Shown here: positions 51,284 through 61,537 of the stretch, piece by piece
Numbering within the stretch: the first letter of the stretch is position 1
How the letters are laid out: every line of letters starts with the position of its first letter
Assembly (NCBI GenBank): GCA_965197905.1
Contig: CBDAOB010000004.1
Location: 1,504,001 to 1,568,000 of the forward strand
Length of the DNA stretch: 64,000 nucleotides
Direction of reading: 5' to 3'
From: Candidatus Latescibacterota bacterium
GTDB lineage: Bacteria > Latescibacterota > UBA2968 > UBA8231
Position numbers and translations under genes: made by a program
The notes under the pieces: model-generated
The model's database searches: none
Told to the model about the DNA's origin: nothing
The model's input: only the letters and a program-made list of their open reading frames with translations

Positions 51284-52033
51284 TCAGAGCCAGAGCCGAA
51301 ACTTCAACGGATCGCGAGCTATGCCGTTTTCACGCACGGCGTAATACAGTCCGGACACCCAGGCTTTACCGCTCTTGCCTGACAATGCTACCGCTTGCCC
51401 TTTCTGCACCGCCTCGTTGACATCTACAAGGACTCGATTGTTGTAGCCATAAACGGATTGAATGCCGCTGCCATGATCGACAACGACCAAGTGTCCCAGC
51501 TCCTCGTCGAAGCGATTCTGAACGACTTTGCCGGCGGCGCTGGCGCGCACCAGCGCTCGTTCCCTTGCGGCGATGAGCACACCCCCGAACTCCGGGTTGA
51601 AGTGGTGCACAACGGTGCCGTTGATGGGCCACAGGGACGGAACCGAGCCGATGTTGCCCCACTCTAAACGTTCGATCGAGGAGACGTATTCGTCACCCGA
51701 TGGCCGGGGAGCGATGGCGCCGATGCTGGGCGACTCCCCCAAGATGGAGCGGAGCTGTCGATTGCTCTTCTCCAGGTCGAGCAGCGTGGATTCCAGTTGT
51801 TTGATCTGGCCGATCTCTTGCTCGAACACAGCCTTTTCTCGCTTCAGAAGGATCACCGAGTTCGCCAAATCGTTGGCGCGGTCGTAAGAGACAAACCCTA
51901 GACCGAGAAGGAATACAACACCGAGGCCGAGCAGCCCAAAAAAGGCCAAGGCAAGACGCGGAAGCTTGAACTCCAACGTCTTGCTTCCCTCTTCGGGGAT
52001 GATGAGCAAGGTGATGCGGCCACCTTTCAACAT
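51284..52033 (-). CDS. M23/LytM-family protein (TM, coiled coil, degenerate M23 domain)
   Basis: PSLWPING, V.A.A.G.V, G..VVVDHG, V.KGQ.VA..G.SG and DP. Zinc ligands are absent. Confidence 0.85.
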   Translation of the reverse strand: MLKGGRITLLIIPEEGSKTLEFKLPRLALAFFGLLGLGVVFLLGLGFVSYDRANDLANSVILLKREKAVFEQEIGQIKQLESTLLDLEKSNRQLRSILGESPSIGAIAPRPSGDEYVSSIERLEWGNIGSVPSLWPINGTVVHHFNPEFGGVLIAARERALVRASAAGKVVQNRFDEELGHLVVVDHGSGIQSVYGYNNRVLVDVNEAVQKGQAVALSGKSGKAWVSGLYYAVRENGIARDPLKFRLWL

Positions 52034-52108
52034 GCCCGCTTCGCCCCCTCACTCATGTTGCAGCCTCGAAACTCGAGCGGTCGTGTGGTGTTGTGGTCGA
52101 ATGCGCCC

Positions 52109-52414
52109 TCACCCGCGCATGTCGAGGAGGACTCCGAGCATCTCGTCCTGCGTTTGGGCGGCGCGGACGTTGGCGGTGAAGTGATGCCCGGCCAGAATCT
52201 GCTCAACGGACTCGTCAACAACGCTGATATCCCGGTCGCTCGCCGAATGGCGCGATCGCACCCCGCCTCCGGGAACCTCTTCCGCCTGGACGTGGGCCCT
52301 GGCGGCATCCTCGATGGTGAGATTGGCCGTATTGTGAGCTGAAGCGTTCAGCCGCTTCTCGTTGAAGGCCAATCCCGAAGAGCTTATGGACAATCCATGA
52401 ATCAAATTTCCCAC
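52109..52414 (-). CDS. Small flagellar basal-body rod-like protein (N- and C-terminal rod helices only)
   Basis: SGL......L..SAHN.AN and V.QI.....F.AN......DEMLG.LLD. Start may be TTG 52405. Confidence 0.75.
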   Translation of the reverse strand: MGNLIHGLSISSSGLAFNEKRLNASAHNTANLTIEDAARAHVQAEEVPGGGVRSRHSASDRDISVVDESVEQILAGHHFTANVRAAQTQDEMLGVLLDMRG

Positions 52415-52471
52415 CTTCTACTATCTAAATTATCGGTAACTGGCAATAATTTCGGCAGCTCCGCACGAATG

Positions 52472-53095
52472 TCAAGCCGACTCGCCGGGCTCCGCGCCAA
52501 ACTCGCGCCGGTCCAGCTCATTCTGTACTACTGCAATACACTGGGAGGCGAAGAGGGTTCGTGGTCCGACGCTCAGCGCCGACGCGCCCAACCTCTCCAG
52601 GTGTTTCTCGGACTTCTTGGGCATCGACATGTGGTCGCTGAATACAAACACGGCCGCCGAATCGAGCGGGGCCGAGCGAATGTCGCCCCCCCGCCTGTTC
52701 ATGTAGAAACAGGGCCCCTTTTGACATTTCTCCTTGACCAGTTGCTCGAAACTCAGCTTGGCGACGAAGAGTCCCTCGTCGACGGCCAGCTCCTCGCCGA
52801 GCAGTAGGCGACGTCCGGCCTTCAAAGCCCGTTGCACTACAGTCCCGATCGAACGCTCCGTGTGTCCGTCGAGGGAGCAAAGGCGGTCACTCTCGAAGCG
52901 CACGGTCTTGGGGGGCGCCGAAGGCCCCTCGAAAACGATGTGGATAGCGGTCAGGGGGCGAATGTTTCCCGAGTAGAACAACGCGTTGACGATGCACGAG
53001 GTGAGAATCTCGAAATGTCCTTTGGCGGCCAGTTCGTCAAGAGAGCAGTCGGCAGTGGAGCGACCCTTTCGCGATCTCAGTATGAACTCGGGCAT
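52472..53095 (-). CDS. trmY: TrmY-like SPOUT tRNA (pseudouridine54-N1)-methyltransferase
   Basis: I.NALF.S..IR, G...PP..V, ER, FVFSDH and SVGP..LFASQCI.VV.NELDR. Confidence 0.82.
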   Translation of the reverse strand: MPEFILRSRKGRSTADCSLDELAAKGHFEILTSCIVNALFYSGNIRPLTAIHIVFEGPSAPPKTVRFESDRLCSLDGHTERSIGTVVQRALKAGRRLLLGEELAVDEGLFVAKLSFEQLVKEKCQKGPCFYMNRRGGDIRSAPLDSAAVFVFSDHMSMPKKSEKHLERLGASALSVGPRTLFASQCIAVVQNELDRREFGAEPGESA

Positions 53096-53320
53096 GAGAA
53101 AGCTGAAGATACTGCGGCTGGCGCCGCGAACAACCCAGATAGCAGGTGTGTGGACGCCTCCGAGGCACGTTTTGTTGACAGCCGTCCGCGTATTACTTCT
53201 GTATGATGGTTGGCAAACTTGTGGACGGCTGAAGTGACGAATCGGATTAAACACTGCGGAAACATAGCCCTGCTATGGCACCGCTTGGCGACCCATCGGG
53301 TCTGCAGCTCGCTTGTGGGC

Positions 53321-54749
<1,429 letters not shown>

Positions 54750-54763
54750 TGCAAAGGAGGGAC

Positions 54764-55927
54764 ATGAGACCGTTTTCGGGATTCCTCGCCTTCGTTCTGG
54801 TATTTTTCGGAACACCGCTTGTCGTTGCCGATGAAATCGCTCTGACGGCCACCAAAGACAACACCATTTTCGAGAGTTCCACCGGGGGATTGAGCAATGG
54901 CTCCGGGCAGTTCCTCTTTGCCGGTCGCTCGGGGCAGGGCAGCGGCTCCGTTCGCCGAGCCCTGTTGGGCTTCGATCTCTCCAGCATTCCGGCAGAGGCA
55001 GTGGTCACGGCGGTGCGACTCACCATGAACATGTCCAAGACCGCCGCGGGGGCTACGATGGTGTCCCTGCATCGGGTTGTGGTCGATTGGGGCGAAGGGA
55101 GCTCAAACGCCACCGACCGAGGAGGCGGACAGGGGGCGGCGGCCACCAACGGCGATGCCACCTGGATCCACGCGTCCTTCGATAGCGGCACCTGGTCGAA
55201 CCCCGGTGGGGATTTCGTGACGACCGCCAGCTCGAGCCTGGAGGTAGGATCAACGGGCTCATACACCTGGCCGTCGACTTCACAATTGGTGGCCGATCTA
55301 CTGGGATGGATTGACAGTCCAGCGACGAATTTCGGATGGATCGTCATCGGCGACGAGTCGGCGACACGCACCGCCAAGCGGTTCGACAGCCGCGAGCACG
55401 ACACCACCTCCCGTCGACCCCAGCTGGTGGTGGAGTTCACCGTGGCATCGGGCAACAATCCTCCGGCTGCAGCGAATTCGGTCGCGGCGCAAGCGCTAAC
55501 CTTGGGGGGGAACTCCGTCTCGTTTGACCTGAACACCGAGCCGGTGGTATTCACGGATGCCGACGGTGATGCCCTGAGCTACACGGCCGCGAGCAGCGAC
55601 GAGGCAATCGCCACCACAGCGCTTGTGGGAAGCGTGGTGACCGTTGCCGCTGTCGGCGAGGGCTCGACGACGGCAACCCTAACAGCGACGGATGCGGATG
55701 GCGGGAGCGCTACGGTGGAATTCGGGGTCGTGGTGGGACGACTAACCGGAGATTTTGACGGCAATGGCACGGTTAACTTCGACGACTTCTTTCTCTTTGC
55801 CGACAGCTTCGGCTCGACCCCGGCCTCGGAGAACTGGAGTGTCGTGTTCGACCTGGTCGGCGATGACGTAATCAATTTCGACGACTTCTTCGTCTTCGCT
55901 GACAGTTTCGGATCCCAGGCCAACTGA
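54764..55927 (+). CDS. Secreted DNRLRE/CBM96-like domain + Ig-like domain + duplicated EF-hand/dockerin-like tail
   Basis: AGGAGG RBS, KDNTI, RRALL.FDLSSIP, NFGW, F.SRE...RPQL.V, DADGDALSY, DFDGNGTVNFDDFFLFADSFG and DLVGDDVINFDDFFVFADSFG. Confidence 0.8.
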   Translation: MRPFSGFLAFVLVFFGTPLVVADEIALTATKDNTIFESSTGGLSNGSGQFLFAGRSGQGSGSVRRALLGFDLSSIPAEAVVTAVRLTMNMSKTAAGATMVSLHRVVVDWGEGSSNATDRGGGQGAAATNGDATWIHASFDSGTWSNPGGDFVTTASSSLEVGSTGSYTWPSTSQLVADLLGWIDSPATNFGWIVIGDESATRTAKRFDSREHDTTSRRPQLVVEFTVASGNNPPAAANSVAAQALTLGGNSVSFDLNTEPVVFTDADGDALSYTAASSDEAIATTALVGSVVTVAAVGEGSTTATLTATDADGGSATVEFGVVVGRLTGDFDGNGTVNFDDFFLFADSFGSTPASENWSVVFDLVGDDVINFDDFFVFADSFGSQAN

Positions 55928-55944
55928 CCACCTCCCACGGCTGT

Positions 55945-56688
55945 TCAGGGCGCAGCCCAGGAAGCCATATACTCGGGCGCCCACTTGCGCGCCAGATAGA
56001 AGCTCTTCTCCGAGTATAGACCGTGCGGCGGTTTCACTTCGGCGTCGATAAAGATTTCGGCCGCCCCGAAGGTTGGAAACTCCATCACCAGCACCCGATG
56101 CCAGGGCGACTGCCGGTCGATCAGCTGAAAGACCTCCATGCGGCTCAGCTTCTGTTCGCGGGCCACCTGGCGCATCAGGGTTTCATGCTCAGCGTCGCCG
56201 CGCACGGTCGGGTCCAGCGCCTCGGCGCCCGGACGCCAGCGCCCGAATAACAGCAGAATCGCACTGGAGAGATCGGTCCACAACTCCGGGATCTGTCGCG
56301 GGTCGGCGGGCAATGGAACCGCAGGCGGCGCCGGATGGTGAACCCACGTGTCGAAGAAATCGGCTCCCCAGCGGCGCGACAGGAAATATTCGTAATATCC
56401 GTACAACCCGTACGGAGGCGCCATCTCAGCCTCGATCCAGGCCTCGGCGCCTGCCATGGTCGGAAACTCGATCAGCCAGAAGCGCTCCCAGTTCTTGTGA
56501 GGACCCACCAGCTTGAACCCCTCCAGCCGCTTGAGCCCGTGCTCGTGGCCGACCTCGAGCATGAGGTCCACATGTTCCCGCGACGCGGCATCCTGTTCGG
56601 CGGTGGTGAGATGTCCCCAGCTGGGTAGTCTTCCTCCCTTGTAGAGCACGACCACGCTGCTCTTATCGACTTCGAAATCGAAAGCCAC
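55945..56688 (-). CDS. Hypothetical protein made of two tandem homologous alpha/beta domains
   Basis: Internal repeat EH..LM..V..E..L.R.E.F.L......W.R....EFPT...AE..I.AE..PP.GLY....F/Y L.R.W occurs twice. Confidence 0.75.
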   Translation of the reverse strand: MAFDFEVDKSSVVVLYKGGRLPSWGHLTTAEQDAASREHVDLMLEVGHEHGLKRLEGFKLVGPHKNWERFWLIEFPTMAGAEAWIEAEMAPPYGLYGYYEYFLSRRWGADFFDTWVHHPAPPAVPLPADPRQIPELWTDLSSAILLLFGRWRPGAEALDPTVRGDAEHETLMRQVAREQKLSRMEVFQLIDRQSPWHRVLVMEFPTFGAAEIFIDAEVKPPHGLYSEKSFYLARKWAPEYMASWAAP

Positions 56689-56824
56689 GCTAACTCCTAG
56701 TATTCGGGTTCGCTAAATCTCGACGCTGCTGAAACGCGGCTATATACTATCAAGTCGTACCCGCCCGGCAACCGCGGTGGCTATAGCGTTGTCACCTCAC
56801 TTCCCACGAAGAAGAGAGAGACCG

Positions 56825-57658
56825 ATGTCTGAAATCGTTGATTCGACGCACCGAATGGACGGGTCCGTCGCCGTAGTAACCGGTGCCGCCCAAGGGCTCG
56901 GTCTGGCGATGGTGGAGCAGCTCGCACAGAGCGGCGCGACGGTGTTGATCGCCGATCTGCAGCTAGAGAAGGCCGAAGCCGAAGCGGAAGCCCTGAACGC
57001 CCGCGGAATGCAGGTCAAAGCAGCAACCCTAGATGTCACCGACAGTGCTGCGGTGGATGAGCTCTTCGACCGCGTGCGCGCCGAAGCAGGAAGCGTGGAC
57101 ATCCTGGTAAACAACGCCGGGGTGGGCCAGGAGGTCGGACCGATTGTCGAAACCAGCGATCGCGAGTGGGACCGCGTCATGGGACCCACGCTCACGGGCG
57201 CGTTCTACTGCTGCCGTGCTGCTGGACGCCACATGGAGGAGCAGGAGTCGGGGACCATCGTCAATATCTCCTCCATAAACGGACAGGCGCCGGCAGCCTT
57301 GGTGGCGGCCTACAACGTGGCCAAGGCCGGCATCATAAGCCTGACCAAGACTATGGCGCTGGAGATGGCAGCCTATGGCGTCCGCGTCAACGCCGTCTGT
57401 CCCGGGCCGGTCTACACCGAATTCAACCGCCGGAACATGGCCCAGCGCAGCGTCACCCTGAAAGTCAGCGAGGAAGAGATGATCGAGCGCGTGCGCGCTT
57501 CTATACCTTTGGGACGCTGGGGGGAGCCGGTGGATATCGCTCGCGGCGTCGCTTTTCTCTGCAGCCCGGCGGCTTCGTTCATAACCGGAGAGGTGCTTAC
57601 GGTCAGCGGCGGCCTTGTGGGGGTTTCAGCCACGCCTCCTAAAAGGGAAAAGAAATAA
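56825..57658 (+). CDS. SDR-family NAD(P)-dependent oxidoreductase
   Basis: TGAAQGLG, NNAG, SS, YNVAK and NAVCPG. Confidence 0.93.
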   Translation: MSEIVDSTHRMDGSVAVVTGAAQGLGLAMVEQLAQSGATVLIADLQLEKAEAEAEALNARGMQVKAATLDVTDSAAVDELFDRVRAEAGSVDILVNNAGVGQEVGPIVETSDREWDRVMGPTLTGAFYCCRAAGRHMEEQESGTIVNISSINGQAPAALVAAYNVAKAGIISLTKTMALEMAAYGVRVNAVCPGPVYTEFNRRNMAQRSVTLKVSEEEMIERVRASIPLGRWGEPVDIARGVAFLCSPAASFITGEVLTVSGGLVGVSATPPKREKK

Positions 57659-57663
57659 CGCCG

Positions 57664-58632
57664 ATGAAATCGCGGGTTCTCATAACCGAGCATATCTCCG
57701 GCGCCGGCATCGACCTGCTTTCCTCCGAGTGCGAATGTTTGATTCCGTGGCAAGAGGCCAGCTTTTCTTCGGACGATCAGATGCGCAGTGTGCTCGGCGA
57801 GGTTGATGCGGTACTGGTCCGGCTCTTTGCGGTGGACGCTTGCGATTTGGAGCGGGCCGCGCGCCTCAAGGTCATCGGGAAACACGGCGTCGGTGTAGAC
57901 AACATCGATTGCGGAGCGGCGACCCAACACGGCGTAGCCGTGGTCAATACCCCGGTTGCCAACAGCAACGCCGTCGCCGAACATGCCATCACCTCCATGT
58001 TGGCCCTGGCACGGCAGATCGATCATATGAGTCGCGAGATGCGCGCGGGAAGATTCGACGTGCGCAACGACATAAGGGGGATGGAGGTAGCCGACAGGAG
58101 TCTGGGTGTAGTCGGGCTCGGTCGCGTCGGGGCTCGCGTTGCGGAAATCGCCGCGCTAGGGTTTGGCATGAAGGTGTATGCCTATGACCCCTTGGTCCCT
58201 GATTATTCGGGACCGGCGACCCAGCTAACCACCGTCGCGGAGCTTCTTCCCCGCGTCGACTTCCTCACCTTGCACGTACCACTCACCCCCGAAACCAAGG
58301 ATCTGATCAATTCCGCGAGTATCGGTCAGCTGAAACCGGGCTGCCAGATCATAAACACAGCCCGGGGAGGCGTGGTGAATGAGGTTGACCTGGCGCGGGC
58401 CCTCAAGGGAGGAGCGCTGGCGGGAGCGGCGATTGACGTTTTTGAAGACGAACCACTGCCGCAAGGTCACCCCTTATTCGCGGCACCGAACTGCCTGCTA
58501 ACCCCCCACATCGCCGGCCTCACGGCCGAGTCGATGGATCGTATGGCCACCCACTCGGCCCAGGGGGTTCTGGATGTTCTCAACGGACGCCGGCCCCGGC
58601 ATCTGGTTAACCCGGAGGTGATGTCCGACTGA
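57664..58632 (+). CDS. D-isomer-specific 2-hydroxyacid dehydrogenase (PGDH-like, no ACT domain)
   Basis: GVGVDNID, GLGRVG, NTARG, DVF..EP and TPHIAG. Confidence 0.92.
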   Translation: MKSRVLITEHISGAGIDLLSSECECLIPWQEASFSSDDQMRSVLGEVDAVLVRLFAVDACDLERAARLKVIGKHGVGVDNIDCGAATQHGVAVVNTPVANSNAVAEHAITSMLALARQIDHMSREMRAGRFDVRNDIRGMEVADRSLGVVGLGRVGARVAEIAALGFGMKVYAYDPLVPDYSGPATQLTTVAELLPRVDFLTLHVPLTPETKDLINSASIGQLKPGCQIINTARGGVVNEVDLARALKGGALAGAAIDVFEDEPLPQGHPLFAAPNCLLTPHIAGLTAESMDRMATHSAQGVLDVLNGRRPRHLVNPEVMSD

Positions 58633-58696
58633 TGGCAAGCGACGAATCATTGGTTGGTTGGCTGCCCGCCACCCACTGAATTAGAGGAGGGAATCG

Positions 58697-59260
58697 ATGT
58701 CACACAGCGAAATCGTAGCACAGATCGTCGAGCTCTTTGCGAAGAAAGGGAGTTCCAACTACGGGGGGGAAGCCGTCAGTCAACTCGAGCATGCGCTGCA
58801 GACCGCCGCCCAAGCCCGCGACGCGGGTTCCTCGTCGAGGCTGGTGTGCGCGGCGTTGCTTCACGATGTGGGCCACCTGGTCGAAGACGAAACGGACGCG
58901 GGTCGCGATCCGAGCCTGCTCGACGACCGCCACGAAGACAAGGGATCGCAGTGGCTGATCGACCATTTCAGTCCCGAAGTCAGCGATCCGGTTCGACTGC
59001 ATGTAGCCGCCAAGCGGTACCTTTGCACCGTGGATGCGGACTATCTGGATTGCCTGTCTCCGGCGTCGCTGCAGAGCTTGCGCGAACAGGGCGGCAAGAT
59101 GTCCGCCGCGGAAATCGCCGAGTTCGAGTCCGAGCCGAACCGCGATGCCGCCGTTTTGGTGCGCAAGTGGGACGACAACGGCAAAACGCCAGGCCGTTCC
59201 ACTCCAACCATCTCCGACTTCGTCCCCGATCTGGAAGCGGCGGTAGCAGCGGGGCACTGA
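58697..59260 (+). CDS. phnZ: PhnZ/TmpB-type HD-domain diiron oxygenase (C-P bond cleavage)
   Basis: GAGGAGG RBS; YGGE.VSQLEH, LLHDVGH, RHE, HV.AKRYL, LS.AS..SL..QGG and R.WDD..K. Confidence 0.85.
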   Translation: MSHSEIVAQIVELFAKKGSSNYGGEAVSQLEHALQTAAQARDAGSSSRLVCAALLHDVGHLVEDETDAGRDPSLLDDRHEDKGSQWLIDHFSPEVSDPVRLHVAAKRYLCTVDADYLDCLSPASLQSLREQGGKMSAAEIAEFESEPNRDAAVLVRKWDDNGKTPGRSTPTISDFVPDLEAAVAAGH

Positions 59261-59307
59261 GCTTGACAACGACCGCATGCAGAGAGTCGGTCCTCTTGAC
59301 CAGCGGC

Positions 59308-61506
59308 ATGCCAGGCAAGGCCCAGCTGCATCACAAATGGGACTTGGGGGAGATCGAACAGAATCGCCGCTACGGTAAGGCGAGTCTCGATCTGTCTACC
59401 GTGCCGGTGGTTGCCGGCGAGCCAGCCAAGATCGGATTCAGGTTCGAAGCCGGCGAGACGACGATCCCCGTCGGCGGCAGGATCCGGTTCGCCTGGCGGT
59501 GGCCGTTCGACTGGGACATCCCGAGGATCCACAGCACGGCTCTACCTCCGTCCACGAGCGTCGAGGCAGCCTTCGAACCCAAAGGCGACCTCGACGCTTG
59601 GAACCATCACATCGAGCTGAAAGTAACCTCCGGGGCCCTGAATCGAGGCGACGTCGCCGCGTTCGAATGCGGCGACGAGCACGGTTGGGGTGCGCCGACT
59701 TTCTCGACGCCGGCGGCCGGATTCCGAATAGCGATCGATCCGGACGGCAGCGACCACTGGATGCAGCTGGTCGACCCGCCCGGCTTCGTCATCGAGGCTG
59801 GAAAACCGGTGGAGCTGATGGTGGAGTCCCATAGCGGCTGTGGGTTAGGTGAAGCGGTGGAGGTTGCCGTCCGCGCCGTGGATCTCTGGGGCAATGCCGG
59901 ATCGCTGCCGACCCCTCCCGAGTTGGTGTCGGCCGCCGGCATGGAGGCGAAGGAGTTGGAGCCGGTCGCCGAAGGTCGCGTATTTCGGTTCGCGGTGAAA
60001 TGGTCTGCGCCTGGTGTATATCGTGTGCGCGCGCGCGTCGCCGGAACCGATCTCGTAGCAGAGAGCAATCCCGTCCAGATCCGCGACAGTGCGGTCCACC
60101 GAATCTTTTGGGGAGATCTGCATGGCGGGCAGACCGGGATTGGGTGCGGAGCCGGCTCTTTGGAGGAACAGTTCGTTTTTGCTCGCGACGTGGCGCGCCT
60201 GCAGTTCACCAGCCAGCAGGCGAACGACCATTACATCCCGCTGCCTGTCTGGAACCACGTGCGCGAGGTCTCCCATGCCTTCGACGACCCGGGGCGATTC
60301 ACCTGCTTTCTCGGGTGCGAATGGAGCCCGTTCACCGTGGACGGCGGCGACCGAAACGTGATCTATCGCAACGATGAGTCGCGCTTGCGACGCTCGGACC
60401 GATTCTACACCGAGGAGGTGCCCGATCCCGAACCGGACCTGAAGCGGGCCCCCGAATTCCTCGCCACCATGCGAGAGGAGGAGGTGCTGCTCAACCTGCA
60501 CGTGGGGGGCCGGCCGACTAACCTCGATTATCACGAGCCGAAGATCGAGCCCCTTTTCGAGATACATTCTACCCACGGCACCTCGGAGTGGTTCGTTGAA
60601 GACGCCCTAGACCGCGGATACCGCGTCGGCATAACCGGCGGTGCCGACGGCGTCATGGGGCGGCCGGGCGCCGACCGGCCCGGCCGCAGGGTGTCCCGCA
60701 ACGTGCGCAGCGGCCTGACAGCCGTTTTCGCGGAAGACCTGAGTCGCGAGTCTTTATGGGAGGCGTTTCACGCCCGGCGTTGTTACGCCACCACCGGCCA
60801 GCGCATCCTCCTATGGGTGGAGGTCGACGGGCATGTCATGGGTGAAACCTACCAGACCGACGAGTCCCCCGAGATCGCGATCCAGGTGGAGGGGACAGCG
60901 GCAATCGAGCGCGTCGACCTGCTCCGCGGCACAACTGTCTTGAACAGCTGGCCCGTCGCCGAACGCGCCGTAGATCTGACCCGAATCCTTTGGGGGGGCA
61001 CGGAGAAATGCGGTACGGCGGGGGATCAGAAGGTGGTCTGGGATGGCAGACTGCGCGCCGATGGAGGGAAGATCTCGCGGATTCAACCCATCGGGATTCA
61101 AAGCGGAACGGATCAAGTCCGCCAGACCGGCGCGCAGCAGATATCGTGGTCCAGCGCCACGGCGGGAAACGACATGGGCGTAATCTGCCATCTAGAAGGG
61201 GACGAAGGGACCCGCTTTGGGTTCGAAACGGACCCGTGTAGGTTCGATTTTACTATTGCTCAAACGGAGCTTGAAGCGTGGCGCGTCGACGCCGGCGGCG
61301 CCAGCAGGTTTGTCGAAGTGGGTCCGGCACCGTCCGCGGATGGGCCCTCCGGCGTCGAGCTATCCTTTCGCGACGAGGAACCGCTGGGCGGGGAAACGCC
61401 GTACTGGGTACGCGTCGTACAGGTGGACCGCGCTCGCGCCTGGAGCAGTCCGGTCAATGTGATCAGACCGCGATCTGCGGCGCGTCGGACGAACCCGGAT
61501 GGCTGA
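59308..61506 (+). CDS. DUF3604-like PHP-fold metallohydrolase with N-terminal beta-sandwich domains (start 59263-59308)
   Basis: WGDLHG, NDH, GCEWS, GGDRNV, EIHSTHG, RRCYATTG and YWVRV.Q.D...AWSSP. Confidence 0.8.
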   Translation: MPGKAQLHHKWDLGEIEQNRRYGKASLDLSTVPVVAGEPAKIGFRFEAGETTIPVGGRIRFAWRWPFDWDIPRIHSTALPPSTSVEAAFEPKGDLDAWNHHIELKVTSGALNRGDVAAFECGDEHGWGAPTFSTPAAGFRIAIDPDGSDHWMQLVDPPGFVIEAGKPVELMVESHSGCGLGEAVEVAVRAVDLWGNAGSLPTPPELVSAAGMEAKELEPVAEGRVFRFAVKWSAPGVYRVRARVAGTDLVAESNPVQIRDSAVHRIFWGDLHGGQTGIGCGAGSLEEQFVFARDVARLQFTSQQANDHYIPLPVWNHVREVSHAFDDPGRFTCFLGCEWSPFTVDGGDRNVIYRNDESRLRRSDRFYTEEVPDPEPDLKRAPEFLATMREEEVLLNLHVGGRPTNLDYHEPKIEPLFEIHSTHGTSEWFVEDALDRGYRVGITGGADGVMGRPGADRPGRRVSRNVRSGLTAVFAEDLSRESLWEAFHARRCYATTGQRILLWVEVDGHVMGETYQTDESPEIAIQVEGTAAIERVDLLRGTTVLNSWPVAERAVDLTRILWGGTEKCGTAGDQKVVWDGRLRADGGKISRIQPIGIQSGTDQVRQTGAQQISWSSATAGNDMGVICHLEGDEGTRFGFETDPCRFDFTIAQTELEAWRVDAGGASRFVEVGPAPSADGPSGVELSFRDEEPLGGETPYWVRVVQVDRARAWSSPVNVIRPRSAARRTNPDG

Positions 61507-61537
61507 CCCTACACGCGCTAGCCATTGAGGGGTTGCG

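Noticed and set aside
57664..58632. Phosphite dehydrogenase PtxD next to phnZ
   Set aside because: The motifs (KHGVGVDNID, TPHIAG) are generic PGDH-like; I see no PtxD-specific signature.
58654..59260. ORF-track 950-aa protein starting at 58654, suggesting a giant fusion or overlapping gene
   Set aside because: The first 200 or so residues are an Arg-rich off-frame read of phnZ, which has its own RBS and motifs. The DUF3604 protein starts after 59260.
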